From contig CAYLPP010000003.1 of NCBI GenBank assembly GCA_964385615.1, positions 139,288-203,287 on the forward strand: a stretch of 64,000 nucleotides of DNA. The letters are read 5' to 3'. Origin of the DNA: an uncultured bacterium. Lineage in GTDB: Bacteria > Omnitrophota > Omnitrophia > Omnitrophales > Aquincolibacteriaceae. A program made the translations under genes and the position numbers. Positions 44,501-48,302 of this stretch are shown here, piece after piece. Below the pieces are notes generated by a model. It saw only the letters and a program-made list of their open reading frames with translations. It was not told the DNA's origin and did not search any database. Positions within the stretch are counted from its first letter, which is position 1. Each line of letters opens with the position of its first letter.

Positions 44501-47500
44501 GGAGGATGAAAAGCGGAATAGAAGTGATTCTGCTCTTTTCGCTATTTAAATAAACCTCAAGCCCATCGAGAGTAAAATTGAATTCCAGGTCGTAAGTCAT
44601 TCCCGGCTGAGGCGTCAACGGCGAAAGAATTTCGTCTTCCTGCTCGACACTAAATGAGACACCGTCAACCGTCTGAATCGCCGGACGTTTAACTTTTAAC
44701 TTCCAAAATCCATCCTCCAGAACAAGCTTCGCGGTTCCTTCCGCGGGCTTTCCCTCGACAAAAGCATCCGGCAAAGTGAAACCTGTCTCAAAAGAAGCCT
44801 GAGACGATGCGGAGTCATAATAAAACTGAACATGAATATCAGGGCGAGTCGCCCCCTGGGTGACGGGGTCAATATAGAAGGATGATTGCGGGAAATTCGT
44901 ATTTTCTAACAGCAAAGAGCGTTCATAAAAATTCTTATAATTCCCTTTTTCATCGGTACGGAGCATCCCGCTGTCAACCAGATCATCAAGGGAATCATCC
45001 GCGGCGCCCGCGTCAAAACTTGCCAAAGCACGCATGGCATCCAGGTTAATCTCCTCACTGTAAATCTCAGAAACCGTTCCATCGGCCTTATAGAATTTCA
45101 CCCGTATCAGCCTGCGCCCTTGTCCTTCCGGCAAATCTATCAGCGTGGTTTGTGTGTAGCTTTGAGGATCCGTAAAAGCACCGTCATCAACCGCGTAGCT
45201 GAATTGAGAAGGGTTCCAACCCGGCTCAGGGCCATCAAGCTGAAGCTCAAGCTGGGCATTCCCCTGAGTTAAATCCACAAACCGAGAAGCTTTGAATGCC
45301 GGCGGTAAATTTTGGGCGCCGTTGACGAGAGTGATGGTATCGCTGTAGCTTGCGACGTTTTGAAGAGCATCACGGACCTCAAACAAAACTTCTTTTTGCC
45401 CAGCTCCTGAGGGAAGAGTCAAATTTCTAGCCGACGAAAAATTCTCCCAGGAACTCCAAGCCGTTCCCCCGTCCGTGGAAAACCGCATCTGACTGACACC
45501 CGAACCGGAGTTTGGATCCGAAGCGCTTAGAGTCAGAGTGACATCAGCTGAGGAAGTTTCCGGCGCACCGTTATTAATCGTCACGGAGCCCGAAGGAGGT
45601 GTTGTGTCTAGCGTAATGCTGTCAGACGCATAATGAGTATTTCCGACCATGTCTTTGAGTGCGTAGTGCACCTGCTTACTTCCGTCCCCCGCGGGGAGGG
45701 TCAGGGTCTTCGAAGTTGAAAAATCTTCCCATCCCGTCCAGGTTTGACCGCCATCCAGCGAGAAAGTTATCTTATCGATTCCTGAAATGGCGTCTGATCC
45801 CGTTAAGGTCAGCGTGATATCCCTTAAAACCGTAAAGTCATCACCCCCGTTAATCTGAACGGTCCCCGTCGGCGCGGTCGTATCCAATTGCACGGTAACG
45901 GAATAAGCGCTCGACCACTGACCCGACAAATCTGAAAACTTCACATAAACTGTTTTTACGCCGTCTCCCGAAGAAAAGGTCCAGGACTTTGTCCCCGCGT
46001 AAGCCTCTTCAGCCGTCCAATTAACTCCGTCGCTTGAAAACTTCATTTTATTCAGCCCGGATCCCGCGTCTGAGGCTGAAAGATTTAAATTCGCTGAGAC
46101 TTGCGCGATATACTGCGCTCCGCCGTTTACATTGATAGACCCCGTTGGGGCAGCCGTATCCAAAATAATTGTTTTTGAAACGACCGTAGCATTCCCGGCT
46201 TTATCCGTGTATTTCACATAAACCGTCTTGCTGCCGTCACCGGAAGGCAATGTATAGGCCTTTGTGGAAACGATAGTTTCCGGAGTTGTCCAATTGACGT
46301 TGTCATTGGAAAAACTCATTTTATCCAGCCCGCTTCCGCTGTCAGAAGCCCCCAAACCCGTCAAATTGACACTGGTCGAAGCCGTATACTGAGCATCCCC
46401 CGCCAAGGTCATTGTGGCATTCGAGGGAGCAATCGTGTCCCGCTTAACGGTGCCGGAAACCTGTGAACTGGTTTTCCCGATGGAATTTTTCACCTTCACA
46501 CTGACGCTATTATTACCCTCCGAAGTTAAATTAATTGTCGCTGTCCAAGTAGTTGAACTATTCAAAGCGACCACTTCAACGTTGTTAATTAAAACGGAAG
46601 TGTTTGCTTCTTTAGTGCCGGACAATATAAGCGTTGTCTGAGTTGAATAGGAAGGAATTCCGGGAGATACACCTGGCACCGCGGGAGTGCCCACATCCAC
46701 CCCCTTCAGCCGGACTGTCAGAGAACCTGTTTGAACGGATGTATTTGCCTGAGCGACGATAAAATTAAGCTGTTTAATCTTAGTCTTATCAAGCGTATTG
46801 GAAATAGACGCCACAGGAAGCTGCCAAAACAACTCGCTGGAACTGGAAATTCCAGTTAGAGTCCAGGTATCAGTGACACCGTTAATATCGACAATCTCAA
46901 GACTGACAGAACTGCTTGCTCCCTTTAAGCCCATCGTAAGATTGGTGAATCCTGTAATACTCTGGGTTTCAACAGTGCCGGAGGTGCTTGCGTCGTCAAA
47001 AGAAACAGAAAATCCGGAGAACTCGCTTGAGTTGGTTACGCTGAAATCCATCGTGACCCGGTCCGATCCGGGAGAAGACAATCCGGTCGCCGGGGTTGAC
47101 CCGGAAACAAAGTAAGGCTGGGGATTTCCGCTTAAAGTCGTAACACTGGAACTGGACAGTCCTGGAGTGTTTGAGAGCGTTCCTCCCCGGCGTAAAGCGA
47201 TTTTCTCCTGCTCCTGAGCTTCGTTATACCGGTCCTGCTCAGCAATGAATTGGTTGAGTTCTTTTCTCGCCTCAACCTGACTGCCTTCCAACTCTGAGGC
47301 CTTAACAGCTTGCTCAAGCTTTTCAAGATAATCTTCAAGCAAAAGAGGATCCCCGGAATTAAGAAGCCCCTGATTATTGTAGGCAAATACCCCATCGTGA
47401 GTCACAACATACTCTGCGCTTTCGCCGGCTTCGTTAATGTCCAGACCGCTAGGGCCTTGTGCGGAATGCTCGTTGGGGTGGGTATGAGAAACAAACGAAG

Positions 47501-48032
47501 CCTTATCCGTTAGCTCCTTCACGGGAGAAAGCACGCCAACCTCATCTTCACTTCCTGAAGTAAAAATCACGATTTCGCCGTGAAGTACAATCACACCAAC
47601 TTCAAAAGACAGGCCGGCCAAAGCTTTCAAATCTTCCGCCTTAAGGTCCTTAACAATCACAGCGGAAGCATATTCCGGGCGGAGCTGATCCAGAGCGTCT
47701 TCAAAACTATAGCGCTCATAGTCATAGTTCCGGTTTTCCTCAGAAACATTTTCTGAGCCGGAGTCCACGGAAGTCAGCTTTAAAGTCTCCAGCAGGAAAT
47801 CTTGAGAATTTTGAGGGATTTGTTCGGCGGATTCAGACGCGGGAGAGACCTGAGGTTCCTGAATCGCGGATTTTACGGCTTGAGAATTTTCAGGCGAGGA
47901 AGCGAGATATTCCTGCCCCCACAAAACCTGGGTCGAAACGAACGTAATAACCAATATTCCTGCAATGACTTTTTGAACAGAATGAAGATTCCATACAAAA
48001 TTTCGGTCCTGACACTTGGGGTTGAATTGCAT
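23505..48032 (-). CDS. Giant 8175-aa multidomain surface/toxin-like protein. N to C: signal anchor; S/T-rich linker; 4 tandem Ig-like domains; YD-repeat tracts; dockerin-like Ca loops; F5/8 type C (discoidin) domains; ~6 LamG/concanavalin-like domains; C39-like peptidase fold; hydrophobic glycine-zipper segment; terminal alpha/beta-hydrolase-like domain.
   Basis: Single uninterrupted 24,528-nt ORF. Motifs read directly: YD repeats (YTYDSFNQLL, YEYDALGNQIG, YAYDSNGKVSEI, YDADGREITDIL); discoidin (AIDGNSTTFW...WLKVDLG, NEWVQLDLGGEFNISEVRL); LamG_3 (LDGSGDYLTL..DFTVDLWAKP..IDEFRMSKGIARWT); Ig-like (LDTTAPTGSINVNGGA...GDGVKTVYVKFSD). GAGG RBS 9 nt upstream of the ATG. Confidence 0.9.
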   Translation of the reverse strand: MQFNPKCQDRNFVWNLHSVQKVIAGILVITFVSTQVLWGQEYLASSPENSQAVKSAIQEPQVSPASESAEQIPQNSQDFLLETLKLTSVDSGSENVSEENRNYDYERYSFEDALDQLRPEYASAVIVKDLKAEDLKALAGLSFEVGVIVLHGEIVIFTSGSEDEVGVLSPVKELTDKASFVSHTHPNEHSAQGPSGLDINEAGESAEYVVTHDGVFAYNNQGLLNSGDPLLLEDYLEKLEQAVKASELEGSQVEARKELNQFIAEQDRYNEAQEQEKIALRRGGTLSNTPGLSSSSVTTLSGNPQPYFVSGSTPATGLSSPGSDRVTMDFSVTNSSEFSGFSVSFDDASTSGTVETQSITGFTNLTMGLKGASSSVSLEIVDINGVTDTWTLTGISSSSELFWQLPVASISNTLDKTKIKQLNFIVAQANTSVQTGSLTVRLKGVDVGTPAVPGVSPGIPSYSTQTTLILSGTKEANTSVLINNVEVVALNSSTTWTATINLTSEGNNSVSVKVKNSIGKTSSQVSGTVKRDTIAPSNATMTLAGDAQYTASTSVNLTGLGASDSGSGLDKMSFSNDNVNWTTPETIVSTKAYTLPSGDGSKTVYVKYTDKAGNATVVSKTIILDTAAPTGSINVNGGAQYIAQVSANLNLSASDAGSGLNKMKFSSDGVNWTAEEAYAGTKSWTFSSGDGVKTVYVKFSDLSGQWSSAYSVTVQLDTTAPTGTVQINGGDDFTVLRDITLTLTGSDAISGIDKITFSLDGGQTWTGWEDFSTSKTLTLPAGDGSKQVHYALKDMVGNTHYASDSITLDTTPPSGSVTINNGAPETSSADVTLTLSASDPNSGSGVSQMRFSTDGGTAWSSWENFSSARNLTLPSGAGQKEVLFEVRDALQNVASYSDTITLVNGAQNLPPAFKASRFVDLTQGNAQLELQLDGPEPGWNPSQFSYAVDDGAFTDPQSYTQTTLIDLPEGQGRRLIRVKFYKADGTVSEIYSEEINLDAMRALASFDAGAADDSLDDLVDSGMLRTDEKGNYKNFYERSLLLENTNFPQSSFYIDPVTQGATRPDIHVQFYYDSASSQASFETGFTLPDAFVEGKPAEGTAKLVLEDGFWKLKVKRPAIQTVDGVSFSVEQEDEILSPLTPQPGMTYDLEFNFTLDGLEVYLNSEKSRITSIPLFILRGVEANPYLDVQTSSVTLKRVRIYGNTQRVLTANNELHTFTYEQDANGKVVKATDSIDWSRFEDVTLQSVSYQLVRDYDSQGRLTGFTDKNGEVTNWNYDASGRLTSRDEFANGRVSSLVYSVDGNGNAVVTNTLQYQDGYGNSVNAVTVETYDAQNRRISLVSADGRSTLFTYAPDGTVTAEVTDGSQNYSVSSLFDSRGRAIHLVNRDGASETRNYVLLSDGSEELTLLRDIPDADASGNNVTYQTQQRVVTDRQGRIIETENINGETAFWEYDSDGYLTSYQDEKGRLTLWEYVKNALGRKRWGSETLSYTDDFGNVIDRVTTYNWDAYENIGAEISPEGEGIIHARTLFYNHQFKGQWDHIYQNVTSMNDLWNRFSVPSDVVVETDWNELGETVSAGERNGTRSENAWTYDAKGNLTANTLTEIYHDGSTQVQSVSYFEYDLHQNLTKQIDHLGNEIRYTYDSFNQLLTTIYHYAGDTQNQFDRLTAHTRLVSVSGKLLDESDTLTYMDAFGNAAQNLSLTAYDYFGNATERIMPDGHASVISYEYSDSGRILSRTVFYYENISSLEDLRLLHQNQPSELREKFIYGRLEGEVRSHETRDGKTENTAYLRDSAGRLLNRTVVTSWVTEDLRNVSTAEIMEFDIYGHVIREVSANGDETLHTYGGMGSQTALTYKIHFNPNGTETIYQEQAAFHEVRQSNGDLISSTQTIEGVDSFQNPYQTDILQKFDAFGNEIASIDRAGKGRVTEYVRFPWGGIQEIRVYEYEGVANFNELMQLHAQTPKLIEKNVYDFRGETILNQNKDGLVTLFEWVRGINGELQQITKHIQVPGETERVSTDEFDSLGRLSQSIDQDGIQTVFSYALTGELLTQGETGTGNHQITKSYSQTTFPNGTPKVQGAVSFGIDQFGRQVDFSNFKEYNSRGELAYSISENEQGRITEFQYDEKLRIRQRTTYELQDGKGFLAYAKAHLGVSASIQHLSLDLLKQWFQLYGSQNPDILEQFSPVILTQAWDEWGNETANQTESERQETVTLTNDLGQPQEIQRKTYSAIGDKGPILDFSIQAKAYVPSDAVPSIQFNGQTANLSGLTGSGIGLVVLNQADPDQAVVHVYSTAEFSDLKTDLDALNQGDLIILVTRGDISAGMDEELFSKLENFGSSKIRGLENAGALSLIGIKGSAHGQAIEDYRQDQGETSKASNFRFDRRVFDVRGSLLRYEDGFGHILEYTRGFDGEALSLVETREEGGWQKTTNYQKTRNAEGQILSTSESVEELNAQSFEDNISFTRDWQTDSTGHTVENGRLAVDSQSQRWLASIFPQAGDSHELSGDFKLLESSDAEMFFILRYLTAGTYLGFKLDSEKLQVIQRENGTETVLQETALNTALAQDISYVFDASLNGRRMVFTLAGAEILNWQVSPEIEMVNSGSLALAVESGKVSFDGLGAKRNYVKGRGFSDSEILSSRTDQNGVTSYFNAEGDVIRVEDPSNSTVKVYEIQKYADGSLKSKKETITITLKNVDGADVITSVTTQSFYDLKGNLVRFIDSKKGETLYAYTPAGEVQSVTYPDGTKMENIYEANAETGSRSTTEIHFKMRKTALGDPILDTQGNPVYDEESRVKRTYDKEGDLIFTMESIASESTREEIEYTYIRFPGAERKLQRKEAQHHFINNATGEEVLSLTSYEEWDIAGLLLKSLDAQGTEKIYTYRELVNGDGGKNLKRIAAIRETSAGEVKTSYYFYHQNDNYPELGFTLSSYWDLDQDEAKDADDLDFVVEVRDRSTAAANDDEFQVIQYSGNVEAERVERRLTYKPGAMNNLERESAYTYHFDGTLDQIIDYKYAYLYNPATNQLDRQPKALLSTTTYKIDPNTDGPRIDKVTDAFTVKNYFYTSTGRLERVEETNGAFPNRVTVSHYDAQGDIVSTVDFYGRTTYFDYVKNSTGRNVGVFITSDQNEGRVFRMFNSNGEIALELDRNARLTLYDTVLHPTGLGKSVTETQYFLEDSSGFLTAWFHRPEGNNYTFEEILSVFDRNSDGKIDDSDIESLFNASGFSAGTALRREKNYKLLNQEGDLILSLTPEGEISVNNYSKDILEAKQQTQWIFSKADEILGHSRIFPASSAPQSSEWALLTEKLLKAGARDYEELNSSERAAADENRLQAVMEYFLAAGLIAQAEDLTVSKTVRVHNSNGELIKEIEPTGAQRTYVYNRDEFGAPQSSLSIYSVTGGIVYQEFNHEGEIIRQRFPNGLIKILSYEKDERGNTVQVIEQTLYPHDPQGAGSIETRTLDYLGMVTSVTDRNGVVTDMVIRENVSGEKEIQKHTHFQDTFGASINFTEVEKQNRYGNAIYRENRNGRGAQILNRYDVMGRVTETVETVDFTQADGQHVHYEETALFNAEGEQILSRDKNGREVSFEYIRDAFGNVSEIHERETMPSGAVALTVRKLSPLGETLSLTDKNGQVTGYYYDKTSIGNVQTIYETTKLRFDFTGDRQVDDRDLSVLSSAFGSTAAADLSKFDLNLDGQINEADAQALTRSREYGTREAGIVKQVSPFGDILSVTDRNGYTVYYEYQKDSEGNLLRTLETNNRYPGTVTRFFDSNGKISGLKDQAGNSVRYRYVLDAKGNVIESVEEQTMASKPENEQTTVTTAQHQDGSYTEIETDSIGLVRQTEFDAQGNKISEKLRAGLDMKLGAQAQITTSGNFSNSSNPPSRLNDGIHDRNNPWYSLNPGDGFNDEYVIYDLREVKEISTVRVDTGVPADNSFVRQFDVSVSEDNIHWQKVGGAAGLSWQGLQTVSFLAQQARYVRIDNFQSWTNDGTPSKVGVNEIEVGGSQYTNALYETDSENNLVVTTSDALGLLKIQKYNPAGQEIYSSERNLNSSGLGNTTALGNAQLSSADPKFGMTALHLDGSGDMLRVENGGSADFQYGTDNFTVDFWAKPEAMSNQQMLWSQYTGGSQNNNFFLYLDSVGQLHAYVEKSGQTFLNLAGSIVPTGVWSHIAFVRNGNSFTLYINGTAVGSSTASGDMPSGAFTTVVGGTYSGSGYIYSLNGQMDEVRVSKGIARWTSNFAVPSGSYVEDSYTKLLLHFDEQHFDEQTTSYDTDAQGNVTKTVKAGGAVILTEIRNAQNQVTYLKNQQFEHWYAYSNDSQGNLVTSISDNLGIFQQEIRDAQGKLIKTINREIEGNHGFGNGVTVVGDAHVAEDAKFGEGSASFDGSGDYLTFPASADWNFGTGDFTIDTSFKIKAGTSVPGTLYDNATYGGGGIRIYMDSLSKIHVNITASAQTDQFNYTTSLSTDSWYHLALVRVNGTVKLFLNGTQVGSDQTDNGNISSSQTLKIGVWYYSYDGGYHGYFNGEIDEMRVSKGIARWTSNFTPPAEEYQTDPYTKLLLHFNGVRYTETTYQDFLDVDGSVIRTDSLVSQDGILKAVLLGTPAGLNSKDDLTTALPIVSASNNSNFSGSELAFDGKFSAYARSGMNGSMTFELAETAPVGSVQTYFNPSQGLQYKIDVSLDGVNWYNVVQKTGPGFYQGLQSDTFNPVKAKFIRITATASQTGLSEFNIDEVRIYPPAGWPVTSTVKRTFNVLGETLSEYQIGGSAETFTYEKDSLGNVTRVFEAHHKTTPESVVDYTTTRRFDFSDERTVPSSAPVTFQGDAQLSDSAAKLGPTGLKLDGSGDYLTLANSDDWNFGTGDFTVDLWAKPDVISGTQALAVWDYENGSAYNGISILADGTLHAFFGAAVRNGDVNFHQHVQLLSSPNAVVAGQWQHIAVARQGDQIALFLNGVKVAQATWIYSTTNTSNPLQIGTLRFEGYVQDFHGSIDEFRMSKGIARWTDNFTVPTGEYQTDSYTKLLLHFNGASGSQTMMETQTVFSFPREGQLVESVDRQGKVTRYSYEYDALGNQIGTYQLTTRGSGPDMTTEFFGEIKDLNGRVIEQIDDSGKVTYYSYDLDANGNIKKAYLSETPSDEVSVTKNLLDTGFGVGVSGAGWADASTKADKINYLFDGSLDTGASVTLSGNEEKSLVFDFADTKSVDAVGDSHLTTTAPKLGTASLKLDGSGDYLTLPNSDDWNFGTGDFTVDMWAKPDVISGTQALAVWDYENGSAYNGISILADGTLHAFFGAAVRNGDVNFHQHVQLLSSPNAIVAGQWQHIAVARQGDQIALFLNGVKVAQATWIYSTTNTSNPLQIGTLRFEGYVQDFHGSIDEFRMSKGIARWTNNFTVPAGEYQTDAYTKLLLHFNGADQSRLFSDSSKACPAGGCVNLSRVRFFSEENPTAGYRIEVSQDGENWTTVVDQSAGPVKKQWHDFEFPEIGASYLRVSAFGSGLLKIDEMQLFESSIAEKNFKILREYDSRGNVVMEQNALYKIWKSRPDLQMIFSDPQKKSLLAGRWKNKTLADWAKEAGYLEDPRLADYAVQSEILSPELKTAFDLRRDLQKRFTDEAGLRAWAESFGSANNPLLAAYSAGRTQSSEEASGFVETAVPGTLVDEQFDAQGRVIYQKFKTDQLQDWAKTGTATSSGAYDSSREASNAIDGNSTTFWLANTYADSTPRWLKVDLGQLYDLKQILLSDQSSSSNYIKDFHIKVSADGVNYTEVASVQNRTGKGIYSADFSEIQARYVLIDGMVGRNGSGNSDYPLISNLQVLGSAYTERWTDYSTDAQGNLTVTEQDADGIVGIKKYNATGQQTYVSERQAEENPLEGLTVLGDSHVAGPGKFGATALSLDGAGDMLRVDAGSGSDYQYGSDNFTIDFWAKPEAMGNQQVLWSQYTGGSLNNNFSLYLDASGQLHAYAEKNGQLYVSVTGSTVPTGTWSHIAFVRNGNSFTLYINGTAVGSSTASGDMPSGSFTTVMGGTYSGSGYISSFHGQLDEFRVSKGAARWTSNFSPAQTEYPADAYSKLLLHFEKYHYTEKWTSYETDAQGQLTIMVSDSGGIVRQETFDAQGRSVYLKERKNEPVNQGSAYASFYDETVTEYTALAGGDTEKKTWMILQSGQVLLSDEIYNEDGSLISKQIRTSQGNLARGLQMTASSSSLPSTGPAHLTDGVYAGAGTWVSNSQGPNEWVQLDLGGEFNISEVRLDTRWLQGLYVSSFNIKISGDGTNWQTVVVEGALSTAGQWKYLIADQLARYIRIDGIQGKNLSGNYNAFLGEVEVYGTELRNVTIQNEPARRIETFMERQELASGKTATATTNAGTTVDASKAVDGNAETVWSALSAYKENALVVDLWNSYEIDEINLLASSAGYLKSYRLSTSTDGLHWEVAAEPSGGTSGQEWTLNFTSRQARYVRVDKIEAEASAGVFKDDFINELRVFGYVPVTIESQLDDFGRVVKQTRIGGREENSFEYAYDSNGKVSEIRQYGPAVLEQHKVGFDTAGSSASAQLIDGNESTSQTVTWSAGSAPQSFTVRLNRTANISTVRLKTGGDINNGFSYLIQASADGINWFTVVDKSAARVSGWQEDSFPPVSAQYLRVVGALDSSWGTSLTLYEIEAYETQTQSTPVSIKQFDSYGLMTADENALFLVWKNSTQLQALWPNPNTVSTSTGNWLGKTLVQWAQTEGYKTYPSLSAYTPVQSAFGSGASTETLPGLRQVLDNTLGLQDRFRIDGNKDSGLIQYARLQGYREDYRLTDYSPIVRTAEVARINTFESRMDFYGNQSVLIAKDYNGARVQRRYDGSTGQVLEEKDELTLLWEDRADLYNTIRSAADLRTWAVNTGSKNADTASALSIYSSYGIDGASETIPTVHYFQNIFGASGYLTESVDIYWRLEGNELRRERTQYDADGREITDILPDGTFNYVYYKDSQGRSLRRTGSGSNFQSTDELLTADNSRSSYDIGAVTRQIIYQFLLLLGRLPSPEELAIEVQDVVQQGNFLSRLRMTALMPIAGLSSAAAETVKGLLDPSLVENYGNTGDQDLVAAARAGELADEQIAAALSEQTLETKYLEVLTDGITRRLLGRDAGEDILQGEESSELTQLVNQFKTLNSRIAFENYLKNDYNLDAQGHSEHYNRTQEITVIINAVDLQLRIFFGFANGTLNPQFENLLKLLKADTAFSMAELTSADLDKIKSRLMDLIDEDIHFGQSAMHSVQEMILSIFGTAPSLPELTTEALFVDILTGVISPEFTGNLQFSAYNLKTVAAVNNAGIQGFKLSWEDLVRLVTVSGLPVIVNIEERHYVVVTAITDTTVTFLENGHTTTKSIAEFRAKWFGFALVQTGTRLHKVSQSYTELSDTLASLNEPITVLIKENAADPNDTATRFVELVQISGGTVSFRENGVDQQLSETEFGALFTGFVFLTAAQLQALNLPILDDSDAMRFYRFGTQVFRFNPENDLASSDLLKVKGAGWFSKLFKKIVHFFVEVLRPVIKLIEKIVATINKVAVAIFGKTVGNFISGILNQPFNFIINSYHYAERGDFKGLFKYWAMTALQVVIQVVLIFIPVIGQIIGAILNAILQVVFSAIQAVIGAIIQVVGTVISGIGNVIGGLSSGLGGAISSFGQSVATFGSNLLQSAVNNISSALSNLGSSLQKIFQAFKPQNLQQAFINGLKEQINPLVGYKNLISGATKGLSSVGGFTQLVANTLKKFALNLVEQKVDQQIQKSKMSEFWKSVLSTVANVGIEAVGSQVASYAAKNINNALGIGASGNNGPPTGQQANFGFFDDLKNGVTKFLKDAGGAIKSILVNNPITAVVEKINFNTSGTAAFFETVVAGGVKIAYQISNTANSLFKIVDLDGGNFNILKIAANKVGSVIETIGNFNPTASGPNGQASLLQKIGQVALFPILGIQEFLFKQGSEIYLPDGRHFKSLQDLQSQIKDPNQLRAILANIQFYKVNGVSTSRNDAIRRASTGVAVRYNPSSGILADLTEFALDKFLGPIIPSAVSRQVADDLVFLNKYGNRIAVDAHSQGTVILSNALLEVAKRGQMLTNISGVEYDATTVSKIRGTLSANLAGVGSVSYKIDYRDAVPNLSSTLNPFRIASGLIYSPKVLTYHSWDNNYDAGKFQESPAFLTVDQSDNPFLKFLKRNSTRF
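23508..24400 (-). other. Extreme C-terminal domain of the giant protein with a serine-hydrolase nucleophile elbow; putative alpha/beta-hydrolase (lipase/esterase-like) toxin domain.
   Basis: KYGNRIAVDAHSQGTVILSNALLEVAKRG has a beta-strand then A-H-S-x-G then a helix, comparable to the AHSMG elbow of small bacterial lipases. Position 23877..23891. Confidence 0.4.
25130..25330 (-). other. Hydrophobic glycine-zipper segment (about 70 aa) in the giant protein C-terminal module; putative membrane-insertion or translocation segment.
   Basis: VIQVVLIFIPVIGQIIGAILNAILQVVFSAIQAVIGAIIQVVGTVISGIGNVIGGLSSGLGGAISSFG has GxxxG/AxxxA periodicity and no charged residues. Confidence 0.45.
26000..26360 (-). 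other. C39-like papain-fold peptidase domain near the C-terminus of the giant protein, with the catalytic Cys position apparently occupied by Ser.
   Basis: HFGQSAMHSVQEMILSIFG aligns to the C39 Q....DCG.A.L.MI....G box with Ser in place of Cys. ...GFKLSWEDLVRLVTVSGLPVIVNIEERHYVVVTAITDTTVTFLENG...SIAEFRAKWFGFALV matches the C39 core (HFVVL...DP..G......EF...W.G.AL). Alignment is from memory, not from an HMM search. Confidence 0.5.
31860..33640 (-). repeat. Near-identical intragenic tandem duplication: two LamG-like cassettes of about 640 bp each, about 1.13 kb apart, within the giant gene.
   Basis: Direct comparison of 31861-32100 with 32991-33240 shows about 90% nt identity, for example tcggtctgatactcaccggccggaacggtaaaatt versus ccgtctgatactcgcccgtcggaaccgtaaaatt. 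The encoded peptides (...LDGSGDYLTL(A/P)NSDDWNFGTGDFTVD(L/M)WAKPDVISGTQALAVWDYENGSAYNGISILADGTLHAFF...) are nearly identical. The antisense ORFs at 32079..32270 and 33246..33578 also mirror each other. Confidence 0.85.
36945..37090 (-). other. Dockerin-like paired Ca2+-binding loops (EF-hand-like) inside the giant protein. A further single loop lies at about 38395..38455.
   Basis: FDFTGDRQVDDRDLSVLSSAFGSTAAADLSKFDLNLDGQINEADAQAL shows two D-x-D/N-x-D-G-x-(I/V)-x-x-x-D segments about 24 aa apart. DRNSDGKIDDSDIESL appears further upstream. Confidence 0.45.
45326..46436 (-). other. Four tandem bacterial Ig-like domains (about 90-95 aa each) in the N-terminal part of the giant protein.
   Basis: Repeated pattern D(T)xAP(S/T)G(S/T)(I/V)xINxGA...L.L.(A/G)SD..SG...(M/I).FS.DG..W..W(E)....(K/R).(L/W)TLP.GDG.K.VY...D..GN (protein residues ~533-903). 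Confidence 0.6.
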
Positions 48033-48138
48033 TCAGGCCTCGCGGAAATTGGATTTTTAAAAATAAAACGCGTGTGGTTGTGGAAGATACCCTAGATACC
48101 GTAAGGAGGCAAGTCAAAACACGATAATTTTTCCGTAA

Positions 48139-48157
48139 AAGTGCAAAATCTGCACTT
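48139..48157. promoter_or_regulatory. Perfect 7-bp inverted repeat AAGTGCA-N5-TGCACTT in the 270-bp region upstream of the giant gene; candidate operator. A weak sigma70-like promoter (TTGACT-17-TAGGGT on the minus strand at about 48087..48115) lies between it and the start codon.
   Basis: Sequence gtaaaagtgcaaaatctgcacttaatt. A second inverted repeat CCGTTG-N9-CAACGG lies at 48234..48254. No U-tract follows either one on the minus strand. Confidence 0.25.
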
Positions 48158-48302
48158 AATTAAATAAGCGAGGCTAATTAAAAACTTTTATTGAGTTTGA
48201 ATTGTAGCGTATGTGAGAAATCCGCACTCATTCCCGTTGCCAGGATGACAACGGAATAGCACGAAGAAGTACAATGATGACCCTTTATTTCCCTTTTCTA
48301 GA

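Noticed and set aside
23556-48095. About 60 short plus-strand ORFs (for example 27246..27746, 33591..34172, 37560..37952, 41169..41552, 36204..36539) lying antisense to the giant gene.
   Set aside because: All lie entirely inside the single long minus-strand ORF and have no RBS context. Several are mirror images of each other because they sit on the duplicated LamG cassettes. They are antisense artefacts of a long repetitive coding region.
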